From Heterodontus francisci (taxonomy: Eukaryota): a stretch of 64,000 nucleotides of DNA. Positions within the stretch are counted from its first letter, which is position 1, and each line of letters opens with the position of its first letter. Of this stretch, positions 37,799 to 51,381 are shown in pieces. The stretch is taken from the NCBI RefSeq assembly GCF_036365525.1, contig NC_090383.1, forward strand, positions 86,107,123 to 86,171,122. The letters are read 5' to 3'. Under the pieces are notes generated by a model. That model was not told the DNA's origin. It made no database searches and saw only the letters and a program-made list of their open reading frames with translations. The translations under genes were made by a program, and so were the position numbers.

Positions 37799-37891
37799 AA
37801 AGAGGCTAAAGGAAAGCCAGTAGAATTTAAACAGGCCAAGATAGAGCCAGTGGAATTTAAAGAGGCCAAGAAAGAACCAGAAGAATTTAAA
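37799..37891 (+). repeat. 30-bp tandem repeat x3
   Basis: aaagaggctaaaggaaagccagtagaattt / aaacaggccaagatagagccagtggaattt / aaagaggccaagaaagaaccagaagaattt. Confidence 0.8.
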
Positions 37892-39954
37892 GGAGCTGAG
37901 ATAAAAGCAGCAAAGGTTAAAGGAAAAGCACCAGAGATATGCTTCGCCAAAACCTTCTTTAAAGATTTAAATAGGGACAAGGAAAGTTCCCAAACAGGCA
38001 AGCCATGCGTGAGGGAGATGCCTCACCTAGCTGAAGTGCCACAGGGGAGTACAGCAGAAGCTGGACAACCACCTGCGAGCAGTACTGTCCCAGAGGACAT
38101 GGGGCAGATTAGGGAAAAAACCCATCCCCAAAGTAAAGGGAAAAGGGAAGGTAAAATGCCCTCGGGTAAATAACATCTGTGAAAGCCAGCAGAAAGAAGT
38201 GAGGTCATTGTGGATGTGCCCACTGAAAAATCAAAGGGTCGGGTTCTAAATCCAGAGCTAACCGAACCCAGCAAAACCGATTCAGAACTCACCAAGGACA
38301 AAGTGCAGGCGGAGAACCCAGACGCCTCACAGGAACTAAAACCATAATTTATCATCCACTGTCACCCTAAAGTTAAGAATTATCAATGTTACAGAACCTG
38401 AACTATTAAGCTCATGTGTTGTGGAAACAGCAGTTAAGGGGTTAAAGCCAGTACAGACAGTGGAATTTGCAAACAACCCAGAAAAATGCAATAACGGAAA
38501 TTTGCATATTACAAGCCTTGAAACAGAAAAGGTGTCTCTCCCAAAGTCGTCTTCTTCTTTGGCCTCCTTGTCTCGGGAGACAATGGGTAAGTGCCTGGAG
38601 GTGGTCAGTGGTTTGTGGAGCAAACCCAAAGTACTGCAAACAAATGCTAGAGAACTCCAACCCTGCTTAGGCACCACATAGCTGGGATTTAAAAGTGGGA
38701 AATGGATTTTTAAAAAGACACCAAACGTTCGAAACAGAAGCTTTACTGGGGTAAATCTACAATGCCCAAAAACGAAATTCAATTATAACTGTGCCTCATC
38801 CAAAGAAAGGATGATGTAAAACTCAAACAAGAAATGGCTGTTACAGACAATGCCAGCTATAGCAGTTGTGAGATTGAGGTGTGGCTGTCATGTGTGCAGT
38901 GGTGCGACTCCGATAACCTTCCTACTTTCTTTCTTTCTAAACCTAAAAATCAAACAATATAAAAATGAAATCCAGGGAATTTCATTTTTCCCTTTTCGGG
39001 GAGGTGTTAGGCTCACTTAAGGTGCAGCGATTGAAAATACAAGAACTCAACCTGAAGAGTTATAAAAATTGACTTTTCTTTTTAAAAAGTGGACATTGTG
39101 CTTCAAAATGGCTGCCGAAGGTCAAAAGACCTGGCCTTGTTTATTCACACTTACTGTTTGGCAAGAACAGAAGGATACATTCCAAATTTAAGAAGTGTTA
39201 ATTACACCCATCCTGAACCCATCAAGAGACATTTTTGAATTGAATGAGTTAATGTGAAACAAAGAAGGTGTGAAGTAGCCACATCCTGGGCCATTGTCGG
39301 TCACCACAGGAAGAAAGATCTATGTCTCCCGACAGAGGCAAGATGTGACAGACTTTTAGCTTAAAATGTAGCTCTCTGGAGAGAGAGGGGGGGAGCCCCA
39401 GGTCAAAAGATCATGAAAGCTTGTCCAACTGAGAGCTGGGACAAAACTCCAGCAAGCCAAAAAGGTGCCCTGCTGTGAATTCTACACTTTAACTTGTGCA
39501 GCAGGGAACTGGAAGTGATTGCCTGTTTTCAGACTGAAATTTCAACCAACAGAGAGATCTACAAACAATTTCAGCCTGCAACTTTAAAGAGAAATTGACC
39601 TCCAAAAAGATTCAACAGGTTTACTGTGAACCCCGAAAACCTACCTCACTGCAAACCACTTACGTCTTTTCCTTTCTGTCTCTTCTTGTGTGTGTGCGTG
39701 TGAGTCAATGCATGTGGGTACGGTTGCAAGAATTTTGGGATAAGGCATATTACTCAATAATTAATCTTAGGTTTTCTTGTAGGTTTAAAACAGGTCGCTG
39801 TCTGTTTATTTGACAAATAAAACACAACGGCGTTAAAACCCTCAACAAAAACATTTGCTTTGTCATTTGGGAGTTAAACAGTGGGGACCACTCACACCCC
39901 TCACCACGGGCCGTAACAGTGTATAGCAGGAAGCCAGTAATTATAGGCCACGGG

Positions 39955-39977
39955 TTATATATATATATATATATATA
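39955..39977. repeat. (TA)n microsatellite
   Basis: Directly visible. Confidence 0.9.
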
Positions 39978-40157
39978 CACACGCACATGAGCCAAAAAGA
40001 GGGATTCTAGTCTAGCTGCTTCTAGACTGCAAAGAGAGCTTATTATTGTGATATCAAGTGTAACTCCAACAAGCAAAATGCTAATGTTTTATATCTAAAG
40101 GGTACAAAATCTGACAGCACAGTACCACATTTACTGCCCTTTTGATATGCAAAAGGA

Positions 40158-40501
40158 AGTTTAGTTTAGTTTAGAGATACAGCACTGAAACAGGCCCTTC
40201 GGCCCACCGAGTCTGTGCCGACCATCAACCACCCATTTATACTAATCCTACCCCAATTCCATATTCCTACCACATCCCCACCTGTCCCTATATTTCCCTA
40301 CCACCTACCTATACTAGGGGCAATTTATAATGGCCAATTAACCTATCACCCTGCAAGTCTTTGGCATGTGGGAGGAAACCGGAGCACCCGGAGGAAACCC
40401 ACGCAGACACAGGGAGAACTTGCAAACTCCACACAGGCAGTACGCAGAATTGAACCCGGGTCGCTGGAGCTATGAGGCTGCGGTGCTAACCACTGCGCCA
40501 C
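40158..40501 (-). mobile_element. HE1-like V-SINE
   Basis: Same family, (CTAAA)n tail. Confidence 0.85.
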
Positions 40502-41159
40502 TTATAAAACCTTTCAGTAACATCAAGTACAAACCTGTGAATCCACACCTAAAGAAATATGTTCATCACAAAGCTTGCATTTCACATTGTAAAACTTGAC
40601 TGATGAGAATGATCTGATAGTTGGGATGGAACTATTACAGGAAAAAGAATAAGATAACTCTGGACGAAGGCTATTTGGCATGAAGGATTCCAGTCAATTA
40701 GCACTTTAATGTCAAGATCAAGTATTGCATGCTTCTAATGAAAACCATATTAGTGTTGTACACATGAAAGCCCTCACCAAGATGCATGGTGATCAAATAT
40801 CAAACTGTGCTAGTCATTGGGTTTGGCTTTCAAAGGATTGATATTGATTGTTATTCCATTTATGAATCAGAATTTTCTTATTACTACCAAATCTCCAATG
40901 TATTGATTGAGTAGCCTAGGATCTGGTTATTACGTTTATGTGAATGCTCTATCCAAGTAACACTAGTATGTCATCCAAAACTACCAGTGCTACTATGAAT
41001 GTACTGAGAGTTTTTTTTTCATCTCATTGTTCACCAGCAGAACCAACTTTAGGTAATGGTCTTTGCCTTAAATCCCAAAAATATGCCAGATTTCTACAGC
41101 GTAACAGGATATAGCACATCTTACCATTCCAGTTGGAATGGAGGGGCAGAAATCTTTGA

Positions 41160-41545
41160 CATAGAATCATAGTAATTTACAGCACAGAAGGAGGCCATTT
41201 AGCCCATTGTGCCTGTGGGTAATTAGCCATCCAGCCTAATCCTACTTTCCAGCTCTTGGTCTGTAGCTTTGTAGGTTATGGCATTTCAAGTGCATATCCA
41301 AGTACTTTTTAAATGTTATGAGGGTTTCTGCCTCTCCAACCTTTCAGGCAGTGAGTTCCAGATCCTGACCACTGGGTGAAAAAAAAATTCCCTTGAATCC
41401 CGTCTGAATCTTCTACAGTCTTCTTCAATCGATGCCCCTGGTTATGGACCCCTCAACCAAGGGGAATAGGGCCTTCCTATCCACTCTATCTAGATCCCTC
41501 ATCATTTTATACACTTCAATTAGGCCTTCCATCAGCTTCCTGTTG
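41160..41545 (-). mobile_element. CR1-like 3' fragment
   Basis: Similar to 7150-7550. Confidence 0.7.
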
Positions 41546-42069
41546 TTTACTAGATCATTTAAATAAGACAGAGTGAGACACAATTATTCTCAAGATGTTC
41601 TCTCTTATACCTTTTCAAACACATCAAACTGTACCAACAAATGCATGCCTACTGAATTGTTGGGTAAACAACTGTGTATCTGATAGAATATAATGCGGCT
41701 AACGTTCAAAAACAGACCACACTTCCATATTAAATGGCCATTTTTGGAAAATTGTAATCCAGTTTTAAACTTCTGGAATACTAGGTCCCTGAATTAATAA
41801 CTAAAAGAGTTGGGTATACCATTTTCAGATTCAGCAGAAAATTTGGAAAAGAGTCATTGCTGAGATCCTGGATTAGTCAGGAAGAAGTTTATAGATCACC
41901 CGAGGGTTCTTAATCATCAGGAAAACCTGTCAGATGTATAATTTCTAGTCCATGCCCCAGATAATTCACTAGGCAAGACCATAACTGAAAAAAGTCTACA
42001 AACTAAAGCCAGTTGAAAAATCATTTATGCCAGGTGATGCATGCATTCTAGTTCAACTTCCACAAGTAC

Positions 42070-45000
42070 GCAAGAACACAAGAAATAGGAGCAGAAGTAG
42101 ACCATATGGACCATCAAACCTGCTCCACCATTCAGTATGATCATGGCTGATCTTGGACTTCAATTCCACTTTCCTGTCTGCTCCCCCTATCTCTTGACTC
42201 CCTGCGAGACCAAAATCTATCTATCCAAGCCTTAAATGTATTCAATGATGGAGCATCCACAACCCTCTGGGGTAGAGAATTCCAAAGATTCACAACCCTT
42301 TGAGTGTAGTAATTTATCCTCATCTCAGTCCTGAATGATCGGCCCCTTAACGTGAGACTGAGCGTTCTAGATTTCTTGACCAGTGGAAACAATCTCTCAG
42401 CTTCTACCCTATCAAGCCCTTTCAGAACCTTATATGTCTCAACTAGATCGCCTCTCATTCTTCTAAACTCCAGAGAATATGGGCCCAATTTACTCAGCAT
42501 CTCATCATAGGGCGGCACAGTGACGCAGTGGTTAGCACCGCAGCCTCACAGCTCCAGCGACCCGGGTTCAGTTTTGGGTACTGCCTGTGCGGAGTTTGTA
42601 AGTTCTCCCTGTGACCGCGTGGGTTTCCGCCGGGTGCTCCGGTTTCCTCCCACAGCCAAAGACTTGCAGGTTGATTGGTAAATTGGCCATTGTAAATTGC
42701 CCCTAGTATAGGTAGGAGGTAGGAGAATGGTGGGGATGTGGTAGGGAATATGGGATTAATGTGGGATTAGTATAAATGGGTGGTTGTTGGTTGGCACAGA
42801 CTTGGTGGGCCGAAGGGCTGTATCTATAAATAAATAAAAATAACTAATCCCCTCATCCCAGGGACCAATTTAGTAAATTTTCACTGCACAGCCTCCAGTG
42901 CAAGTATATCCTTTCTAAAACTGCAGTGTTCCAGGTGTGGTCTGACCAAAGCCATTACAATTTTAGTAAGACTTCTTTATTCCTGTACTCCAATCCCCTT
43001 GCAATAAAAGCCAACATGCCATTTGCCTTCCTAATAGCCTGCTGCACCTGCATGTTAACTTTGAGCATTCCTTGTACTAATACAGCCAGGTCTCTGAACA
43101 TCAACACTTACCAGTTTCACACCTTTTAAAAAATATTCTGCTTTTCTATTTTTACAACCAAAGTGAACAACTTCACACTTTCCTACATTATACTCCATTT
43201 GCCATCTTGTTGCCCACTCACTTGATCTGTCTATATCTCTTTACAGCTTCTCTATGTCCTCCCCACAGCTTACCTTTCCACTGAGCCTTGTATCATCAGC
43301 AAACTTAGATACATTACTCTCTGTCTCTTCATCCAAGTCATTAATATAGAGTGTAAATAGCTGAGGCCCAGCACTGATCCTTGCAGAACCCCACGATTCA
43401 CTGCCTGCCAACTTGAAAATGCTCCATTTATGCCCACTCTCTGCTTCCTATCTGTTAACCAATCCTCTATCGATGCTAATATATTACCCCAACACCTTGA
43501 GACCTCATCTTGCCTATTAAATTTTTTGTGGCACCTTATCGAATGCCTTTTGGAAATCGAGATATACTACATCTACTGGTTCCCCTTTATCAACCCTACT
43601 AGTTACATCCTCAAAACATTCTAATAAATTTATCAAACAGGATTTCCCTTTAGTAAAACCATGCTGACTTGTCCTAATCATACTTTGCTTTTCCAAGTGC
43701 ATTGTTAAGACTTGTTGAATAATATTTTCCAGCATCTTCCCAATGACTGATGTTAGGCTAATTGGCCTTTTGTTCCATTTTCTCTCTACCTCCCTTCTTG
43801 AAAAGCAGTGTAACATTTGCCAACTTCCAATATGACGGGACCATTCCTGAATCTAAGGAATTCTGGAAAATCATAGCTTGCACAACCACCATCTCTGCAT
43901 CTATCTCTTTTAGAACCCTAGGGTGTTGGCCATCTGGTCCCGGGGACTTGTCAGATTTTAGTCCCTCAAGTTTCTCCAATACTTTTTCTCAGCTGATATC
44001 AATTTCCTTAATTTCCTCACTCTTTTTAGCCCCGAGGTTACTACCTATTTCTGGTATGGAACTTGTGGCTTCTACTGTGAAGACAGACACAAAATATTTG
44101 TTCAGTGCCTCTGCCATTTTCTCATTCCCTATGATGATTTCTCCTGTTTCTGCCTCTATGGGAACAACATCTACTTTAGCTACTCTCTGCCTTTTTATGT
44201 ACTTATAAAAGCTCCTACAACCTGTTTTTATATTGTTGGCTAGTTTACTCTCATTTTATTTTTTCCCTTATCAACTTTTTGGTGGCCCTTTGCTGGTTTC
44301 TAAAACAATCCCAATCCTCAGACTTGCTGCTATTTTTTGCAACATTGTAAGCCTCTTCTTTTAGTCCAATACTATCCTTACCTTCAGAGTGAGCCACGGA
44401 TGGGTCTTTCTTGACAAGTTTTTGTTTTTCAACAGAATGTACTTTTGTTGAACCCTTTGAATTGTTTCTTCAAATATTTCCCACTGTTCATTTACCGCCA
44501 TACCTTTTAGTCTATTTTCCCAATTAACCTAAGCCGGTTCTCCCCTCATACCTTCGTAATTGGCTTCATTTAAGATTCTTGTTTGTGATTGAAATGTGTC
44601 ACTTTCAAACTTAACATGAAGTTCATTGGTATTATGATCACTATTTCCCAGTGGATCTTTTACTACGACACTGCTAATTAACCCTATTTCATTATACAAT
44701 ACAAGAACTAAAATAGCTTTATCCTTAGTAGGTTCTACAACGTATTGCTCTGAGAAACTGTCACAAAAACATTCTACAAATTAATCTTCTGGACCACTGT
44801 TGCCAATTTGATTATCCCAGTCTATATGCAGATTAAAGTCCCCCATAATTAATACATTTCCTTTGTTACAAGCTCTAATAATTTCCCATTTAACATTCTG
44901 TCTAATAACTACTCTCTCCAGTGTTTTCTATTCCTAATTTCCACCCAAACTGATTCTACTTCATGATCTTCTGAGGCCAGATCCCTTCTTAATAATGTCC

Positions 45001-45385
45001 TTATGTCTTCCTTTACTATCAGGGCTAGCCTTCCTCCTTTGCCATTCTGTCTGTCTCTCTGAAATATATACGTACCCTGGCATTTCATTTCCCAACCTTG
45101 ATCTCCTTGTAACCATGTCTCAGTAATGGCACTTAGATCTAGATCATTTACCTCTATTCATGCCACTAGTTCATCTATCTTATGACAGATGCTTTGTGCA
45201 TTCAGATAAAGGAACTTTAATTTCATTTTTTAAATCTCTATTCCCTGCAATGACCTTATTTGCCAATGTACATTTTTTGTTAAACTCTCTGTTCCTTCCT
45301 GTCCCATTCTGTTGGAATTTACCCACATCACTATCCTGCTCCGATGCCCTGACCCCTCTCTTTGGATTTCTAAATTTCCCTTTAA
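42070..45385 (-). mobile_element. CR1-like LINE family A, about 3 kb of decayed ORF2 (endonuclease + RT) plus 3' end
   Basis: Fragments LKSDKSPGPDGQHPRVLKE, RPISLTSVIGKMLE, QHGFTKGKSCLINLLE, DVVYLDFQKAFDKVP, LEFRRMRGDLVETYK, separated by stops and frameshifts. Confidence 0.9.
42510..42843 (+). mobile_element. HE1-like V-SINE nested in a CR1 LINE
   Basis: Same family; LINE sequence resumes on both sides. Confidence 0.85.
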
Positions 45386-46347
45386 AGGGCTGAAATAAAA
45401 TCACCATCATATCTCAAATAACAGAGATATCCATAGTAACAAAGATTTAAGTTGTTACTCATTACAAGTACAGATTTTAAACATGATTGGGCACAGATAA
45501 TTTGTGTAATATGCCTTGCTTCGTGAAAATGATATGACTGTTACTATATCTCTTTTATAAACACTAAACATAAACAAAGTTATCTGAAATTGCTCTGTAT
45601 TACAATAATACAAGTTTTATTCCATACACAAACTCTTCAACATAACATGCAACATGATTATTACTTCCTACCTAAATCGTAGTACAAATTTTGCTTGAAA
45701 TATAAGTTTGGTACAAAGATACCTGAAAGTTTTTGATGGATGCAGGGAATGTAAACAAATATGCTTTTTCATGTATTGACAATAATGAACTGGACATTCC
45801 CTTCAACAGTTACTGTAGTTTTCCAAGGTTATCCATCATTAAAAATCTAACTCAGTCACTTATCGGACTATTGTAATTGAAATACTGAGGCCATTGTACT
45901 TTCTAGGGATGTTGGTGTCCAGGAAATCGTGTAAGTATGTTGTTATTCTTTTAGAGGTTCCTGTACGGGTGGGGTAGATTGTATAAAACATAAGGCAGCG
46001 AGAAAGGCAACCGCCATCACAATTCTTCCGTGTTTCCTAAAGTGAACAAGTTGTGAAACAGAATATACAGTACCCTTATGCCTGATATTTACCTGCATCA
46101 AAACAAATACATGTGTGTTCACAACCAGCAAACATTAGAAGATTTTTAAAATCCGCTTTGTGAAGATGATTGTGCCCAATCATGTTTAAAATCTGTACTT
46201 TTAATGAGTACAATGAGTACTTAAATCTTTGTTACTATGGATATCTCTGTTATTTGAGATATGGTGGTGATTTTATTTCAGCCCTTTAAAGAGAAATTTA
46301 GAAATCCAAAGAGCATCAGGGCATCGGAGCAGGATAGTGATGTGGGT
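45321..46347. repeat. Local inverted duplication (arms 45321-45495 and 46171-46347)
   Basis: About 175-bp arms, highly similar reverse complements, with a 675-bp spacer. Confidence 0.9.
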
Positions 46348-47179
46348 CATATAAAGTCATTTTATATACCTTATCCGCGCACAAATATAACTATAGCGAT
46401 GGACTCGGTTATAATTGAAAGAGCAACATTTTGAACTTCATTTCAACTGCACTGAGAAAGCAAGAATGGAATTTGATTATATTTCGCTTGTCATAGAAGT
46501 ACTTCAAAAAAGGTTCTTAGAATCAACACAGTACTTTACGTGAACAAATATTCATCTCATCCTATAAACTATAAATGCTTTCTCTCCGGTCACTAAACCT
46601 AAACTTTTTATTCTTGTTTTACATATAGGTCTTACAACAGAAAAGTAAATCAACAGTCACAGACTGTTGTATAATTTCGTGTGATTTTCAGATGATTAAA
46701 CAGAATAAAATAGCGTCGTCGATTTAGTAGTCCTATTCAAACTTTTTTGTACAGTTTACTGCGTCAGCTGTACCAAGCGGTTATCCAAAGTGAATTCAAT
46801 ACCATCGATTAATAACGAATCACATCAAATGTTAGTGCGTGACAATAGTGAAGACAATTTCTGAAACCGACAGTGCAAAAACTATCAAACGGGAGGTTTT
46901 TAATCTTAAGATAAATTAGAGAATGAAATATTTCTATACGACCTCCCTTGGGGACTAGATCTTATACCACTGTTAGAAAGTGGAGCTCAGCATTTCCAAT
47001 ATTCCACATCAAAAAGTTAGGGCAAATTCTGCAAAACTTATCCAGCCATTCCTCTTATTCAAGTATGGATACGAGGGGAAAGACCGTTACTGCAGATCTC
47101 CTTTTCTCAACTTTTTTTAAAAAATGATGATATTTGATAAAAAAAAGGTCGGTCTCATTAAAATAAATAAAAAGAACCA

Positions 47180-49300
47180 AGCAACTCCACTGCCCTGGGT
47201 CGCATCAGCATCTTGCCTCCCCACCCCCTTGCCACTGTCGCCCTCGGCCAAGGGCCTGAATGCTGACCAATAAGCACAGCGCCTTGTGAGGGCGGGGCCT
47301 TCGCCGCGGACCAATTGGGTGCAGGGGGTGGTTGCGGTGCGCGCGTCTGTTTGTTCAGGGCAAGGACCCCGGCCCATGCGCCGCGTTTCGTGCAGTTAAA
47401 GAATGAGGGAGGGGGGCTGGAACCATTTAATTTCACTTTTCTTACAAGTGTTAAGGAGAAACAGCTTTAAAAAAAATAAAAAATACCCATATCATAAATA
47501 AGTATAAGCTGAGATTTAAATCTTAAAACAATGAGATATTTTCCCTGTTAAATCGCTGTGACAGGTGATCCTGGGAGCCACCAAAAAACAATTCAATTAA
47601 ATATCAATAAAATATTTAAATCTATTTTAATCTATTTCTCCAGTTTCTTCGGAGTTCGATAAAAGGGGAACATCGATGGGAAAAAAAGCGCCACGTAACC
47701 ATACATCGCCTCTTTAAAAAAACCTTTTCCGCAATGGGAGGGGAAGGAAGTTTATTATTCAACGAAACACAAAAATCTAGTTTTGTAAAAGAATTTAAGG
47801 GAAAGTGGCCGATCTTGCACTTTAAAAAATAAATGGAAAGGAAGTTTCAAACATTACCCCCTCCCCCTCACAAAAAAGACACATGGAACAAACATGTTCA
47901 AACAAATTGAAAGTGGTGGTGTTTTTAAAAAAAAAATAGAAAGGCAGTGCTTTAAAAAAATTGAGGTATAATTTATTGTATAAAAATATTTTTTTTTCCT
48001 TACAGGAAAATGCCCTGAACAGCTCTTACTTTTCAATGTGTGTTGAGTCGGTTTTTTTTGTTCTTGGTCATCTCGCCCCTGATTTGATGGCGAGGAAACC
48101 CCGTTGACAAGGCACGCTTCATGACGGTGAGTTCCTTCAGTGTATTATAATTTTGTGATAAAATTTTCAAGGAAAAAAAACAACTCCTTCGGGGAGGGGG
48201 GGGGCAAAGAAAAAAAATAGGGTCTAAGGGAAAATATTTTTTTTTTAAAAATCACCTCCCCGGCTTTAGAAGCAGCAGCAGAAATCGGAGGGAAAAAAAT
48301 CACCCATCAACGACAACAGCAACAACCAGCACCACCACCAAAAGAAAAAGTGGCACTTTTAAATATACTCTTCCCGTTTTCGATCTCCCCCCTTTCATCT
48401 CCACCCTCTCCCCAAACTAAATGACTCATTGATTGTACAGAGAGCTGTTCGAAAATATAGTTTTTCTTTCCGCCCCCGTGATCACGATGAGTTTAAAAAA
48501 ATAGACGAGGGAGAGGGAGAGAAATAATCGTCTGAGATCCCTCCCTCTTTTTCCTGCTTTCTAAGCGGTTTTGTCTGGAGTCACGGGCGGCTGTTAACAG
48601 CACCATTTGGTAAATTGACCTCACGGGGTTATTTTTCAAAGCGACGATTCTAGATTCTCCCAGTAGATTTTTCCCCCACCTTCCTCATCTTCCCTTTCCT
48701 CGCCTCAGGAATGAGGGAAAAATCCCGACCAAAGATGGATGAAGTCAGACTCGGCAGTCACCACCGGCTTTTTGGTTTTTCTTTAACGCTCCATTAGTTT
48801 TTTAAAAACTTCCCATCTGCCGATTACTAGTGTTACCAAGTAATTGCTCCTCCTCAGCGGCTTAAAATAAAATAAACCTAAACCCGTCGCCGGAGACACG
48901 AAAACTAAGAAGCCGTTTGCTCTGCTCCTCCCGTTCATGGCGATGGGCGGGATTGGAGGTCGATCTTTGGTTTTATTTTTCAGACTTATTTTCTCTCTCT
49001 TCCCTTCTGATGGTCTCTGACTCATTTCCATCTGATTCTTTTGAGGTTTTTTTTGCTATTTTTAAAAAAAGGAATATACGGTTGCTGTTTTCGCAAAACA
49101 TGGTGACCAGTTATTTCCCTCCCTGCATCTTGTTCAATTCTAAGTATTTTTAAAAACTTTTCCTGGTTGGACTGCGCTTAGGATAAAATGTAAATCCTCG
49201 ACTAATAATCGTCGCCTTTCAATGTCGCGCCGTTGGTTTTGTTCGTTGTGAATGTTCTGGCAGCTTTGCTGCTTTCGCTCCTTGTACTATTTCACTGGAA
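47180..49300 (+). promoter_or_regulatory. CpG-rich promoter/5' region, probably of BICRAL (synteny)
   Basis: Repeat-free region retaining CpGs. CCAAT boxes at about 47267 and 47312, GC box GGGCGGGGC at about 47290, GCGCGCG at about 47339. No coding exon of the gene was recognised in the window. Confidence 0.6.
48006..48126 (+). other. Candidate 121-nt non-coding 5'UTR exon
   Basis: Strong acceptor ttttttttccttacag|G at 48005/48006 and strong donor ACG|gtgagt at 48126/48127. Confidence 0.55.
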
Positions 49301-50359
49301 ATGTTCTTCCTTTAAAGAAAGAAAAAATATTTTCTTTCCCTCCTTTATTCAAAGCGCAGCTAAAGTTGACATTAAAAACCCGATTCGATTTCCTTAGTTT
49401 GTGGAAAATGTTTTTTTAACTGCTGCATCTGTGGGCGGGATTTGAAGGCTTATTTTTAGTTCGATTTGAACCCTGTTTTTTTAAAAATCAACTGAAAACA
49501 GATTGTGACCAGTCATTTTTTTTTACTGTAAGACTGCGTTTTTAACAGCATTCATTGCTTAGTGGTAGCTTTTTGTCCCTTTTATTTTGTAGGCCTGAAG
49601 GTGTCCACTCTCCCGCCCCGTTTAATTGCTTTCACTAAAAAATGATTTTTTTCTTAAAAATTGTTTCAACTGGCAATGTTGGCAATAAGTAGCTCCGAAT
49701 TTTCGAGCAGGAGATATAATTCACAGCTCCACTCGGGAAATGATCATACTGGCGCTGTGCCAACACTAGTTGCGCAGTTTAAATTCACAGTAGCGACGCC
49801 ATTTTAGCTGCTTGGAGATACCGAATATGTTTCCTCACACGTTTTACATTCTAGAATTTCATTCTATTTGTAAAATTGCAATGCGGCTGATGTATTTTTA
49901 AGAACAAATTTTGATTATAGTATCGTGCACTGTACCAATTATTGATATAATAAAACATCATGCAAATACTTCTGCGTGTTTTTGTTGGAGGGCATTGTAA
50001 CCAATTTGCTTAAAACTTGAATGCAGTATGGTCTCTTAAAGTGGTTTATTCCTTGATTTTTCGTTAGTTACAGTTGTAATATTGCTCACATAGTAACATA
50101 TCTGGGAATTTTAAGGTGTTTCGCCCAACGTTAAAGGATTTTGTTAAAATGCAATGCAAGTTAAAACAAAATAGTTTAGCCAAGCAATTAATTGGCCTAC
50201 GTTTGAGGAACCAAAATCTTGTTAGAGTCTAATACGCATCTTCTGTAGTAGATCCACCAAATGCTACAAAAATATAGCTGCCTGTATTTTAGATTATATA
50301 CTAAAATGAGTTTCATTCTAATGGTATTTTAGATATATACAGATTTAGATAGATCTGTT

Positions 50360-50815
50360 TACATAAGAACTAGGAGCAGGAGTAGGCAATTCAGCCCCTT
50401 GAGCCTGCTCCGCCATTCAATACGATCATGGCTGATCTCATCTCGGCTCCACTTTCCTGCCCGTTCTCCATAACCCTTCAACCCTTTTATACTCTCTTCC
50501 TTTTGCAATAAATGCCAAAATTCCAATTGCCTTTCTTATTACCTGCTGTACCTGCATGTTAGTTTTCTGCAATTCATGCACGAGGACACCTAGATCCCTC
50601 TGCACTGAAGCACTCTGAAGTTTCCCTCCATTTGCCTTTCTAGTCTTCCGACCAAAATGGATAACCTCACACTTATCCACGTTAAACTCCATCTGCCAAA
50701 TTTTGGCCCATTCACCTAACCTATCCATATCCATTTGTGAATGTCTTATTTCTTTATTGCAACTTACTATCCCACCTATTTTAGTGTCATCTGCAAATTT
50801 GGCTATAGTACCTGA
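50360..50815 (-). mobile_element. CR1-like 3' fragment with internal deletion
   Basis: AKFADDTKIGG...WQMEFNVDKCEVIHFG...QRDLGVLVH joined directly to the 3' tail. Confidence 0.85.
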
Positions 50816-51032
50816 GGCATGATGCACAATGAGGTTATGTAAAATCTGGTGTCTGGGACTGTTGTTTTGTAATACCATATATTGGTTCTTGTGCTAGAGG
50901 AAGATAATTATCACGAGTTAAATTGTGACATGTTTAAATTGGAAGGAATTGAGTCTCATTTTAAAAGTCCAAGTGGGCAAATTGAACAGGAGAACATAAT
51001 ACATATTTGAAATTTATTTATTTATTTTATTT

Positions 51033-51381
51033 GGGCGGCGCGGTGGTTAGCACCGCAGCCTCACAGCTCCAGCGACCGGGTTCAATTCTGGGTACTGCCT
51101 GTGCGGAGTTTGCAAGTTCTCCCTGTGTTAGCGTGGGTTTTTGCCGGGTGCTCCCGTTTCCTCCCACCACCAAAAGACTTGCAGGTTGATAGGTAAATTG
51201 GCCATTATAAATTGCCCCTAGTATAGGTAGGTGGTAGGGGAATATAGGGACAGGTGGGGATATGGTAGGAATAGGGGATTAGTGTATAAATGGGTGGTTG
51301 ATGGTCGGCACAGACCCGGTGGGCCGAAGGGCCTGTTTTAGTGCTGTATCTCTAAATAAAATAAAATAAAAATAAATAAAA
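51033..51381 (+). mobile_element. HE1-like V-SINE
   Basis: Same family, (TAAAA)n tail. Confidence 0.85.

Larger units (their letters stand above)
36024..39918 (+). mobile_element. Non-autonomous Gypsy-like LTR retroelement
   Basis: Direct repeats at 36024-~36805 (truncated) and 39005-39918 (TGTTA...TAACA). Purine tract ggggagg before 39005. Gag-like remnant (ETELEKVPLARIQLQM). No pol motifs seen. Confidence 0.75.

Noticed and set aside
48735-48786. ATGGATGAA as a possible BICRAL start codon
   Set aside because: The frame closes quickly and does not resemble the acidic MDDDD...LLD N-terminus expected from recall.
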